This document shows, one piece after another, positions 13,495 through 25,726 of a stretch of 64,000 nt of DNA. Location of the stretch: the NCBI RefSeq assembly GCF_964194155.1, contig NC_135903.1, positions 29,326,001 to 29,390,000 of the forward strand, given 5' to 3'. Every line of letters starts with the position of its first letter. Positions within the stretch are counted from its first letter, which is position 1. This stretch comes from Cetorhinus maximus. Lineage: Eukaryota. The notes beneath the pieces were generated by a model. That model saw only the letters and a list, made by a program, of their open reading frames with translations, was not told the origin of the DNA and did no database searches. Made by a program: the position numbers and the translations under genes.

Positions 13495-14146
13495 CTCCCA
13501 AGAATGTCGCCCTGCCTATGGCTCCTTGTTCTGATGAGCAGTGTTCGTGTCACTAAGATGTGAAATCTTTCTGCACAAGATAAAGGGAGGTGTCTCAGTC
13601 CAGGGTTTCTTCCCTGTGCTTTGTGCAGCCTTCAGATACAATGTCCGACCTCACTCCCTGGACACATCACTCGTGCCTGCACCTCGACAGTGCTTGTCAT
13701 GGCTGCCAGAATGTTGTGGGCAGGCGCCACAGAGTTTCATCATTCTCTCAGTGTGCTCTCAGCACATTTATGATGGGGCTGGTCCCCATCTCTTCAGCAT
13801 CTGTGACCACTGATGCTGTGCTCCTGAAGGAGTCAGGTGCTGAAGGCTGACAAAGGATCAGGTGCTTTTAAAGTTTCATGGTGGTGTCTCCATGATATGA
13901 CCCTGGTCACAGAGCACAAGCGAGCTGCCCTCGGCCAAACAGGAGTCAGACATTCACAGAGGTTACGTGAAGATCTATGGAGTGTTCTCACTGCATGTCA
14001 TCATCATCCTCCTGGAATCGAGGGACTATTAGGGCCTCCACTGCATCTCCATGGCAGGAACCTTATCACAGAGGGTATATGCACTGCCATCAGCCAGACT
14101 GGAGTCAAACGTTCATAGGTGCAATGTGAGGATCTATGGTGTTTCC

Positions 14147-15371
14147 TCACTGCATGTTGTCATCATCATCCACAAATCTAGCAGCTATGAATTGCTCCTG
14201 AGAATTCCAGCCTTGTCTGGTCAGTGCGATGGCCTCATCACCATCACTGTCACCTTTGAGGACCTCCTCACCTCATCCCCGTTGACACCCTCCTCATCAG
14301 AGGAGACTGTCAGCTCCTCCATCTCTTCCTCAGCCGGCTCCTCTGCCCATTGCAGAGCCAGGTTGAAAAGGGCGCAGAAGATGATGACGATGCGTGACAC
14401 CCTCTGCGGACTGTATTGCAGGGCTCTACCAGACCGGTCCAGGCACCGGAACCTCATTTTCAGCATCCCAAAGGTTTGCTCCACCAAGTTGCGAGTTGCA
14501 GCAGGAACCTCATTATACCTTCGGTCTGCTGCTGTCTGAGGCCGCCGCGCGGGTGTCATCAACCATGTACTCTGCAGGTAGCCCTTGTCCCCAAGGAGCC
14601 AACCCTGCAGCCTTTGTGGACCTTGGAAGATGTCAGGGACCTGTGACCGACTGAGAATGTAGCAGTCATGGACACTTCCTGGAAACCAAGCCAGACCTGC
14701 AGGATGTGTTTGTGGTGGTTGCACACCAGCTGCATATTCAGCGAATGAAAGCCCTTGTGGTTGACATAGTTGACCGCTTGTTGCGAAAGAGATTTGAGTG
14801 CCATGTGAGTGCAGATGATGGCACCCTGCACCTGTGGGAAACCATATATCTAGGCAAATCCAACCACTCTTGCATCCTGGCTTTCCTGGTCTCGAGCGAA
14901 ATGCTCCAAGTTGTGTGCTCTCGCAAAGATGGCTTCCATGACAACATGCATGCGTTTGTGTGTGGGAGCTTGTGATATCCCGTAGAGGTCAACTGTGGAA
15001 CCCTGAAAGGAGCGTACAAATTGAGCGCCACTTTCATGGCCACAGGTAGTGGATGCCCTCCATGTCCCCATGGCGCCATACCCTGCAGCAGCTAGCAGAT
15101 GTGACCGACCAGTTCCCTGGACATGTGCAGTCTTCCGCAACACTGGTTCTCAGTCATCTACAGGAATGAAAGGCGACACCTATGGACCTTGGGTCTAGCT
15201 AGGTGCTGCCCAGCAATGGCTCTTCAGCATTGTGTGCGGGAATCCAGCCGCCTCTTCTTTCAGAGGGTGCTGCTCCTACCTCTGTGCAGCCGGGCACCTC
15301 AGTCGGTCTGTTCTCCATCGTCTCAGCTCTCTTTATACCACAAGACATACAGTTACCTCACCAGGCTCCAT
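14147..15371 (-). pseudogene. Harbinger (HARBI1-like, DDE_Tnp_4-type) transposase, disrupted
   Basis: Pieces in different frames: GSFQG..DLYGISQ, QGAI(I)CTH, KGFHSLNMQLVC, FPGSVHD, WLLGDKGY, RNLVEQTFGMLKMRFRCL and an acidic tail. ATG at 15371 follows a ttcatcctgcag acceptor. Frameshifts and stops present; first catalytic D lost. Confidence 0.92.
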
Positions 15372-17254
15372 GCTCCTGATATATTCTGCCTGCAGGATGA
15401 AAGAAAGAGATGCAATGGTAGCTTGGGCGTTCTAAGCACCTCTCTTGGTTAAGTCTGACAGCCCCTTAACACATCCCGGAAAGTGCTGGCCATCACTTGG
15501 ATGACCTGAGTTTAGTGCACTGAATGGCTGCCCAAATCCCCACCCACCTCCGCCCCACATCACCTGACCAATTGGCAGCAGCTTTTCCCAGTGGACTGCA
15601 TGTTGTGCTCTTAGCTCAGGTGCAGGCATTCTCCTAACCTACGCTGCAAGGCTGCACTGTTTGCTAGAACCATCAGGGAGACAGGTCCAAAGCAGAAAGA
15701 TGACTTTGCAAGGGGCTGTGAGCACCTCCACCAGAGCCTGCTCTATGATCAGCTTTCACAAGGAGATTATACAATGTGCCCAGTCATCCGACTGTTCCAC
15801 AGTCCACTAAAACGCTCATTAGTTTGCAATCTGTGCCCGAGGTGGGGAAAGCTCTGGAGCACTTGGTGGCACTTTGATGCCTCTGTGTTGCTTGTGTGGG
15901 CAGATAAGCTAGAGACCTGACTCCAAGCATGTCAATGTGGCTGCGTTTGAACTATCTCAGCTATACAGGAATGGTTACTTTATACGAGATTTCCCTAATG
16001 CATGGCCACTTCCCTCCCCCACACCCTGCACATGCTTGTGCGCTACCACAAACCACAGGGCAAACCTTGCCCCCCCCCCGCAACGCTCGCCTCAACCACA
16101 GGGGAGTTCTTGCCGTCCCCGCAACTCACCTCAACCGCAGGGCAGCCGTTGCCCCGCTCAACTTGCATCAACCTTGAAATCCAACAAGCCACCCTCATGA
16201 GCGCTGCGCACCGTTACCATGCACTCACCTCCGAGTTCCCCTCAAAGTGCAGCTCGCCAAGTCCATGCCTTATATATGCTGTTGTGAAACACGTTGGCAT
16301 AGTGCTCAGGGCGTACCAGCTTGGCGGGATAATTCCGTCGGTCTGGCCTTGTAATGATATGCAGATGCACTACAGTGAGGTTCCCAACATCCAAGGGCAG
16401 GAAACGCGGCCTGCCATTGACGGGCAGACGATTGCAAACTGGTTTCACGATTTTTGGCCTTCTCAGCATATTGCCCGCTCACGCTGTCCAGCGGGCATGG
16501 AAAATTCCGTCCCCTATCTTCTTGAGGCAAAGACCCTTCTAATTAAGCAATCATATTGGGTTCTGAGTATAATCTTTTGAAATCAATATTTGTTTGACTA
16601 TCCAACAACATTGCTGACTACACTGGATTCAAAAATTGCATGTATTTTAAAACGTTATTGGCATGTTATGATTAGCTTTAATTACCATCTATAATCCTTT
16701 TATATAAACTGTAATCTAGAATTGGTTTTAATTAAAAAAAAAATGTATTAATGAAGCCTACAAGGGGTTGTGGTCTCAAATCTATATTATCTCGAGGGCC
16801 CTCATAATCACACCACTCTCGGAATCTGAGTTAGACTTCTAAGGGCTGATGTTGGGGAATTCAACAATGATTCATTCTGCTATAACGTACCTCCATGTAA
16901 GTTCTGTCCTAAAATAACTTGGTTATATCAGAGACTCCTGGGGGAGAGGACTTTGTATTTGAGGACAGAGTGTAAGACTATGGGCAGAATCGTCCCAGAT
17001 TTGCACTAAGTGAGGTTGCAGGCAGGTAAAATGATGTTTTACCCCAGCCGCAATGGTGGCTTTTCACGCCGTATCGTCCCAAACCCACTGCATTAATTAT
17101 GCATTTCCCTGAAACATGCCGTTTGCACGGCGGGTGGGATGGTTCACCCTCCACACCATCACCTTGCCTCTTCATTACACCAGGCACAATATTTAAAGTG
17201 CAGCCGCACACGCACCTCTCAGAGTTTCCAGCTCACGACTGCTGCACAGAACAC

Positions 17255-18636
17255 ATGGCCCTGAAAGGCAAGAAGACTGCAGCCCCCACGTTCAATGACA
17301 CATCCCTAAAGCTCGTTTTGGATGCAGTGGAGGCTCACCGTGATGCCTTTTAACCCCGCTCTAGCTGCAGGATGGGCAGCCACATCGCTAATCTGGCTTG
17401 GGAGGTGGCAGCAGCGGTGGTCAGCGCCAATGCCCTGCAAAAGAGGACAGCCACCCAGTGCCGCTACAGGGTGAATAATCTCATCCGTTCCGCCAGGGTA
17501 ACTCACTCTTCTCATCACTCTCAACTCTCACACCCACAAATCGGTCACATGTCCATCAGGTTCTCACACCTCAAGGGACAACACCACTAACTCTCACACA
17601 CACCCTCACACCTCCACCAGGCTCATATCCTCTCGAGCACGCATCCTCATCCTNNNNNNNNNNNNNNNNNNNNNNNNNNNNNNNNNNNNNNNNNNNNNNN
17701 NNNNNNNNNNNNNNNNNNNNNNNNNNNNNNNNNNNNNNNNNNNNNNNNNNNNNNNNNNNNNNNNNNNNNNNNNNNNNNNNNNNNNNNNNNNNNNNNNNNN
17801 NNNNNNNNNNNNNNNNNNNNNNNNNNNNNNNNNNNNNNNNNNNNNNNNNNNNNACAGGGAGCTCTGCCAAGCGACTGACACCCTCAGCCAGCCAGTCCCT
17901 CAGCTCCATCCAGGTCCTCACCTCCAGCCAAGAGGACACCACCTCCACTGAAGAGCTGGAAATAAGCAGCCTGGATGACCCATCACAGCGCCTACCCACA
18001 CCCTGCACCAACACAGAGTCACACACCTCGGTGGGACCGAGTTTTAGAGCAGGTTCGGGTTCACAATCTAGTGGTCACCGCACGGACACATGTCCACAGC
18101 AGCAGGTGGAGGCAGGTTCGTGAGACCTCCCCGGCACTCGGAGGACTGCTGGGGAAGAGGCATCTGTGAGGTCCGAGTCAGATGACGAGCCTCCAGATTT
18201 GGCCTTCCAACTTATCCTGGGGAGTCAGCAGAAGGTGTGGGAACATCACGCAGAGCTGTTGGAAGCCCTCAACAGAGTGGCACGTGAGTTGGAGGAGTGC
18301 GTCCACCTGCTCTCTGATGAAGTGGTGCCCACATGTGCCTGTATGGAGGTCTCCATGGGGAGGATGGCAGACGCCATGGAGACCCTGGTCCAGCAGAACG
18401 CGGAGATGTGTTCAGACCTGCACTCCCTCACGGGAGCCATGGGTGAGTTCCTGCAGTGGCAACGTGAGAGGGAAATGGACACTTCGATGTCCCTCCAGGT
18501 GCTCCTTCCCCTCAAGGAGTCAGGCCGGGACTCCCAGGCACCTGAGGGGAGGAGGAGTGGCAGCTGGATACCCCTGGGTCATCCACTCAGGAATCTCAGA
18601 GGCTGTCCTCTCCCTCCGAGTCCCCTTTGCCTGTGA
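17255..18636 (+). pseudogene. Harbinger Myb/SANT-like gene of a sister subfamily, disrupted, spanning the assembly gap
   Basis: MALKGKKTAAPTFNDTSL...AWEVAAAVVSANALQKRTATQCRYRVNNL, donor CAGG|GTAAC; exon 3 acceptor ACAG|GGAGC at ~17857; helical C-terminal part SESDDEP...METLVQQ is homologous to copy A. Confidence 0.8.
17654..17853. other. Assembly gap (200 N)
   Basis: Run of N in the sequence. Confidence 0.99.
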
Positions 18637-18989
18637 GCCCCTCAACCTCATCCTCTGTCACCACAGAGGGAGCAGCTGGCCAACGAGTGATTCTGGAGGG
18701 AGAAGTGTGTATATGGCAGGGCCTTTCGGGAGCCTCTTGCAAGTACTCTCCCACGCACATGGATCCTTCATGCATCATACTCACCTTAATTCCCTGAGCG
18801 TTTTCAATGCTGTCTGTTGAGGTTCGTTTTCAGTTGTCCATCTGAGCTGACCTGCATCTCCGCCCACCCAACGATAACACCCCCATGCAGCACCTGATCT
18901 CACCCACCACGACTATTGTTCCACTTTTGATTTGGACAGCATAGTCTTGATTCGGGTTTTTGCAAGCTCCCAGTCTTTTCCTTTCCCGC

Positions 18990-19875
18990 AGTCACCCATT
19001 TCCATTCCCCCATCACCGTTGCCCCCCCGGCAATACCTTCCACCTCCCCTCCATGACCTACCAGCCACAACCCTTTTCCTTCAGGGATGTCCAGATCAAT
19101 GTGCACGTTCCCTTCCTTCCCAAAAATCCCACCCCCATCCACATTCACCTCCCCGACCTCCTTCTTCCCACCCCCAGGGTCCGCGTCTGCCTCTGAGTCC
19201 CCACCAACCACCCTCACCGTCCCTTCTACAGCTACCGTCAAACCCTCACCCTCCCACCCTACCGCCTCACTCTGCCCTTGGTCATTCTCACCATCTCCCT
19301 CGTTCCACATCCATCCTCAGTTTGCTCCTCAGGAGGCAGTCATGGAATCATCAGAGCCCTTCCTTGCATGTTCACCTGAACATCCCCCACAATGGACTTC
19401 TTCCCCCACCCTTGGAACCCCCCTCCCCCTGCCCCAGACTCCACCCCCACTTAGTTCTTTCTCTTTCCTGACTCCTACAGACACCTTTACTTCTTCCTCC
19501 AGCCTTACCCCCTCTGTTCTCCACACTCCTTCCTCCCCACGGACTTCCTCCCCTTTCTGCACTCCTTCCCCCCTCTGAACCCCTTCCCTTACACCTTACA
19601 CCCCCCCTTAAACCTACCTCCCCTGTTGCCATCTTCTCCCGTTAACCCCCTCCTCCCGCCGTACTCCTTTCCCCCTCCCAACCTCCTCCCCAACATCTTC
19701 ATTCCCCCTCTTCCAAGCTCACCCCATCCTGACACCTTCATTCCCTCCTAGCCTCACTCCATCCTGACACTTCTTCCTCTCCCAGTCGATCCCAGACTTC
19801 CTATTTCACGCCCTGGTACATCTTCCTCTCCCAAACACAGCTGGATCTTCCTCTCTCCTCCCTCAACCATCATCC
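18990..19875. repeat. C/T-rich low-complexity tract inside the Harbinger derivative
   Basis: Dense CCCC/CTCC runs; the overlapping ORFs are Pro/Ser-biased. Confidence 0.85.
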
Positions 19876-20989
19876 ATTGTGAGAAGATCCTCAATAGTGA
19901 CTTTCCAACTTCTGTGGGTTGCTTTGCAGCAGAGCCATGTCTAGGAGAATTGACCCAGCGTGCCATGGGTTCCTCCAGTGTGCTGTTGGTGTCGGGCTCC
20001 AGCATCTTCTGCTCCTCGGATGTCTGTGATGTGGGCAAGGCCCTGGCGGTAAGTCCTGACTTCTGCGTGTTACACTTGTCAAGACATGCACTGGCTTGCC
20101 ATCACACCGATGTGGACGGACAATCCAGTGAGGTGGGGGATGAGTCCGGCAGGCTGGCCTTATAGTGATATGCAGATGTATTACATTGAGGTCCCCGACC
20201 TCCAACGGCAGGGAACGCGTCCCGCTATTGATGGGCTGAGCGGATGATCACAAACTGGTTTCACGATGTCATGAAACCAATTTCTGGCCTTCTCACCATA
20301 TTGCCCACATATGCCGCTGAGCACGCCCGATGCCAGCGGGCATGGACGATTCCGCCCTATGTTCCTTTACTACTTGGAAATTTCTTTCAGTTGAGATTCT
20401 AAGATAGCAATAAGTTCTAGGGAACAGGTTTAACTTGCCAGGGGTTAAAGATAGTAGAACCATTAACAGAGCTGAGGAAGGTCCTCCTGGTTCCATATAA
20501 AGGTTTGGAGCGGTTTCCATTCCTTAAGGACCATTGGGTAAGCTGCAAATAGACCTGCTCATCCTGAATTCAGCAGGGCCAAGCTAGGGCAAATCAATTC
20601 CTGATTTGGGCCCTAAAAGAAGCATAAAACCTCTTATATTTCAGGAGCCTAATGCCCAGTGTTAGTTGCTTTCAGGGGCTCCTCCATATTGACTGAACGA
20701 TTGTACCGTTTTGTTTAGCGCATGAGTGGTTTGTCCCATAAATTGAGCCGCTTTATATCCGTTTCTGAAAAATAGGCACAACAAATTCTAATTTCAGTCT
20801 GTCCATACTTCACAGACTGAACCCCATTGTGAAGAAACGTTTCTCAACTAAACTGAGTTATGTTACATCAGGATCCAAAATAAAGGATTATACTGTAGGC
20901 CAACAAAAGCTGTGCAAAATCATTATGATCTATATTCACAGCCAATTTGATTTAAGAGAATCTATCCCCTGCCAATAATGCACAAATTC

Positions 20990-21260
20990 AAAATAATTGG
21001 CAAAAGGATGTGAGGAAAAATGTTTTCACCCAGAGGGTGGTTGGAGTGTGAAACAAACTTCCTGTAAGAGCGGTGGAGGCAGGTTCGATCAAGGTATTCA
21101 AAAGGGAATTGGTTTGCTACCTGAAAAGAGAGAATGTGCAAGGTTATGGGGATAAGGCAGGGGAGTGGGACTAGGTGGAATGTTCTTCCAGAGAGCCAGT
21201 GTAGACTTGATGGGCTGATTGGCCTCTTTCAGCACTGTAAAGATACTGCGATGCTGTGCA
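20990..21260 (+). mobile_element. CR1 LINE 3' fragment
   Basis: TTTTCACCCAGAGGGTGGTTGG (FTQRVV..W) end of ORF2, then a 3' UTR containing GATGGGCTGATTGGCCT. Confidence 0.8.
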
Positions 21261-22104
21261 TGCTTTATCCACTTAATTTATTGACTGAATTCCACATGAA
21301 GTGACGTGTTCTATTCTTGTATAATGCTAGAAATGATTACTGGAAATTATAGTGGAGAAACATATCAACATATGATAGACCTCTGCTATTGTGAGAAAGT
21401 TGCTAACCTATTGGTTTTAAAATGGACAGCTTGATGTCTCCATTAAAGTAGCAGAGAACAGCAAAGTCTCATGTGTTCATCAACAATTATCGCTATTGGT
21501 AGTTTGTAGCCTACATTTTTGTTCAAAATTACAATTCTCCTTCAGTTTAGAGAGAACGTGATTGCACTTTCAGGTGCAGGTGGATGAGACAGAAAATTTT
21601 AAGATGGGCCAAAGGCTGATATAGCTGGATTACTGTCTACGATTTTAGTTCAAACTTCAAACTGGAAAGACAATTTGAGCTCTGGCAGACTGGAAACTGA
21701 CTGAAATGAAAAGACTAGCCATATGCTTTTGAGAATTGGATGTAGTCCATGAAACTGAGATCAACATGTTTTAATAGACTTCGCTTGAGTAATTCTTTTG
21801 CTAGATTCCAATCTATTTTAATATTAAGTCGGTAGATGCTGTTACACTAAACAATAGTATCTGAGCTCAGTCAGCCTTAGTTTCCCTAGGAACCTAAATT
21901 TTCCATTTTGGTTTCAGTTTCAGTTTCCATAGAAACCTGGGCATTCAGTTTCCCTTTCAGTCAGACTGTAGCCTAAAAAATACAAGCTTTGAAACCAGGG
22001 TTCGTGCACCCAACTGAACTTTTGACAAGTCATCTGTTCAGACAACAGCTCACACTTGGTCTCTCGCTGATCCCATAAACCATTGATTCCATCACAAGCC
22101 CATG

Positions 22105-22487
22105 AAATACTTTGAAGTGTAGTCACTATTCTAGTTTAGGGAACATGGCAGCCAATCTGTGCACAGCAAGCTTCCACAGACAGCAATGAGATAATGCCAA
22201 AATAATTTGATTAGGGATGTTGATTGAGTGATAAATATGAATCAGAGCTCTGGGAATAACTCCTCTCTGTTTTTTCAAACTGTGCCATTTGATATTTTAT
22301 GCCTACCTGAGAAAGCAGGCCGGTCCCTGGTTAATGTCTCAGTGGAAAGATTGCACCTTTAACAGTACAATGCTCTTTCAGTACTACACTGAAGACTCAG
22401 CTTTGATTTTTGTGCCCAAATTGCCAAAATGGGACTTGAACCCACAACCTTCTGATGCAGAGGTGAGACAGCTACCAGCTGAGCCAC
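22105..22487 (-). mobile_element. tRNA-derived Deu-domain SINE (SacSINE1/AmnSINE1-like)
   Basis: The reverse strand has TGGCTCAGCTGG (box A), GGTTCAAGTCCC (box B), then the CAGTGTAGTACTGA...GAGACATTAACC...CTCAGGTAGGCATAAAATATC core also seen at 43183-43490. Confidence 0.7.
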
Positions 22488-24319
22488 GGTTGGCATTCAT
22501 GCACTTGATGCACCGGAAACTTCATTTCCTGTTGTCACAATTTTTAATGCCAATTTTTTTTTTAATGGGAATGAACTATCCATCTGTCATTGCAGGGCTG
22601 TCACAATTCTGGAATCCATCCAGTAGGCAGCATTCGGCTGCTCCCCTTTGGGTCTCCCTGCTATTTAGGTTTTAGTATCAATAATCAAGGGATCCATTCT
22701 GCTGCAGCCTCAGTCTTGGAAATTCTAATTTTTTCAGAAGCATCTTGTGAAATACTGGCAAGCACCACTAGCAATACCATCGAATATTTTCTAGGTCTTT
22801 ATTATTTTTCCTTTCTTCTCGGTTTTTAAATATTATGTCATTTTATGCCTTTGTCTCACTTTCTTTGATCAAGTTATTCTTTTAATAATTTTCAGCTTAA
22901 TTTATTTGGCAAAGTATTCTCTTTCCATAATTTTTCCGCCTTCCTTGATACTTTCTTCCTGTGGTTTATTCTTCTTGCTTTCTGCCCTTTCACGGACATG
23001 AACTCCCCTCAAGATCCTAATCCTCAGTCAGGAGCAGCTACAGTCTTTGGAGATAATCCTTAAAACAGAAGATAAGGATTGACAAGCAGCAGATGGCCCA
23101 TTGTGAGGAAATGTAGCTGTATCAGTGCCTTTATTGCCTGCAGCATAGAAAGAAGTCATTTGGCCCATCAGGTCTGCCCTGGCCCTTTTGAAGAACAATC
23201 CAGCTAGCCCCACTCCCCCCTTTCTTTCCCCATAACCTTTTTCTTCTTCTCACCAAAGATTAATTATCGAACTAGTTTCTGTCATCTGCCTGTCCACACA
23301 CTGACATCTTATCACTGAAATAGCCAGTTGCCAAAGAAAGCTGATGACGAACTATTTCCAGTTAATTTGTTGTCACCATGTGAGTAGTTCCAGATGGGCT
23401 GCCTTGCTGGATACCTCTTGGTTACACTCTACCACAGTACAACAGTTGTCATTTGTTCAGGATCGCAGAGGATATTAAATGAAATAAGCCTAGAGATAAA
23501 CTCAGATATTAAGTAGACAAGTTCCCGTGACATCTGCTATTCTAACATAGGTGTTAACTTGTTTATTTTAAATGGGTTAACCCGTTTGACACTATTGTCA
23601 ACAAATCATTTCTAGCCTACAAATATCTAAGTTACTAAATGAATGAAGAATCACCAATAAAAAAAAACATGCATTTATATATGCCCGTGTCTCAAAAATT
23701 CTCAAATACTTTTGACATCGACTGAATGCCTTTGCAGTGCAGTCATTGCTAAGATGTAGAGGAGCATTTATTATGTTGTGTCAAACAGTGCTGAACAAAA
23801 TGCTAATATACACCTTTGACATGAACAGTTGTGGCAGCATTATAAACTTAACATGGATTTCTTTTCAAAAAAAGTTTAATGATTGATTTGATCACGGGTT
23901 GTTTATTTCAGCTATCATCACACTGGCAGAGGCTGAAAAGAATGCAAAATAATCTCCCTCTTCAGACACACCCGTAATTAGTGCCAACAATGAAAGAAAA
24001 TGATTCTCCCAATTGCCTTTGTGATATAGTGCGTTGTAGGTCTCTCTCTCTCTCACTGAATAGCAGAAGATGTAAAAGCTGTCTGCTCTCTTTTACTGTT
24101 GGGAGCACCGCATGATCATGCCGCATGTTAACTGATTTCAAGGGACAGAAAATGATGGGCGCTGGGCCTGTGATTTTGCAATTCTTGTTGTCGTGGTTGA
24201 ACTTCCATGCTGGCTGCTTGTAGTCAGCAAATTGCTCTATTATGTTAATCAGAGCAAGTTGATGCAAATTGCCTTAAGCTCATGATTTAATAAGTGGTGT
24301 CATGATAATTTGTTTGAAT

Positions 24320-24630
24320 TTGCTCTCGGGATGTGGATGAAGCTGAAGCAGGATTTTAGTTTCCCCAGGAAGGTGGCACTGGGTCTTCTACTTGAACAAC
24401 TGCAGTTTTTGACTCAGTTACGTAACCATTATTTGCAGCTGAATATCTTAAGAGTCAGCCACATATAAGTTGAGATCAGACTGGCTGGGGTTGCAGGTCC
24501 CCTTCACTATATCATATCCGTTTTTTATGATAACGCTTAGATGATATTTTTCCTCTCAATTAGTACGAGTTTCCAAATTTATTGAATTCAGTTTCAAAAT
24601 TGTCATGCTTGGTTTTGAACTCATGTCATC
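24320..24630 (-). mobile_element. Degenerate copy of the SINE family at 29403-29770
   Basis: GGGATGTGG tail, TTAAGAGTCAGCCACAT body and TTTGAACTCATGTC box B remnants occur in the expected order. Confidence 0.5.
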
Positions 24631-24674
24631 CATGTTTTGGGACCATACCATGCTGTACCATAGCTGCTACAATA

Positions 24675-25428
24675 CTGAACCCCACTCCTCCGACTACCCT
24701 CCCGAAACCCCCACTCCCTGAACACCCGACACTCCCCTCATATCCCCTGGATACCCTCCTGACCCACCCATACCCTCCTGACCACTTGACTCCCTTTTCC
24801 TCACCACCTGACCTCGCCCCCTCCTCACCCCGCCCGCACCCCCCCCCACCACCCTCCCCACATACATCCCCTCCACACCCCGGATGTCCTTCCCACTCTC
24901 CCAAACCACCCCCCACCACACCTTCCACTACCCTTCCTATGCCCCCTCCGACTATCTAACCCCCATTCCCCCGACTACCCGAACCTCCTCACCCCGACCA
25001 CCTGATCGATCCCCAACCATCTGAATTCCCCCACCCGAACCCCTCTCCTGGCCAGCCGAACCCCCACTCCCGCAACCCCCTGACCACCCCACCCCCTGAC
25101 TATCTAATCTCTCACCCACTTATCTTACACATTTGCCTTCTTCCTGGCTTCTCAAAGTGTTCGGGACCTTTAACCTTATCTGGATTATGGCAGCTAGTGC
25201 TGTAAAAAGGTGGTGTGGAGTGGTGGCTTCACATCCCCCCGACGCTGCTATACTACACAGGAAGGACTCTGGGTCAGCCGTGTTGCAGATTTCTCAGCAG
25301 CCCTGGGATGGAATCCCGGGTAAGAAATGTGCAGCTCCAGGCAAAGGGGTGGAGAGGCAGTCCGACAGTGATGGCTATTCCACGGAAGTTCTGGCCAATC
25401 TCTCCTGTGCTGGGAATCTTACTCCACT
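24675..25428. repeat. C-rich degenerate tandem tract (ACCCCCCGACC-like units) plus a probable MITE remnant
   Basis: Low-complexity C-rich sequence from 24675 to 25120, followed by GC-rich sequence ending GGAATCTTACTCC. Confidence 0.5.
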
Positions 25429-25726
25429 GAGATATAATAAAGCCATAAGAATGCTAATATTATTCAAAATAACCCTCTAACCACAGACTGGACACATTAG
25501 CAGAAGATATAAAGAATAATTCTTGCAGTGATCAACTCCATTAGTACACACATTCAAAAAACCTGTTGGAATATTCTACACCCGAGCATAAAATGCAGGC
25601 CAACCTTTTGGTGATAACAAATAAGGTTAAATAGGCAGTAACTACATAAACTTGTGTGCATGAGCCTTGAAGTTTTAGATTAACTACAAATGGGCTTGGA
25701 GGCATGCAATACTTCACATCGTAATT

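Larger units (their letters stand above)
11651..16513 (+). mobile_element. PIF/Harbinger DNA transposon, near full length, decayed (copy A)
   Basis: TIRs GGGCAGAATCATCC and GGAAAATTCCGTCC(C). Contains a Myb/SANT-like gene (+) and a convergent DDE transposase (-). Colinear with 32149-37661 in inverted orientation. TSD ambiguous (CTG/CTA or CCT). Confidence 0.92.
16982..20357 (+). mobile_element. Non-autonomous Harbinger derivative (Myb-like gene retained, no transposase)
   Basis: TIR GGGCAGAATCGTCC versus right-end reverse complement GGGCGGAATCGTCC (13/14); perfect TSD TAT at 16979-16981 and 20358-20360. Confidence 0.9.

Noticed and set aside
14147-15371. Host HARBI1 gene
   Set aside because: Lies between TIRs, is frameshifted and has a second copy in the window, so it is a transposon relic rather than the domesticated gene.
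18900-19632. Overlapping Pro-rich and Gly-rich ORFs
   Set aside because: Low-complexity tract inside a transposon.
23962-24267. 101-aa minus-strand ORF
   Set aside because: No domain resemblance; it crosses a (CT)n run and looks non-coding.
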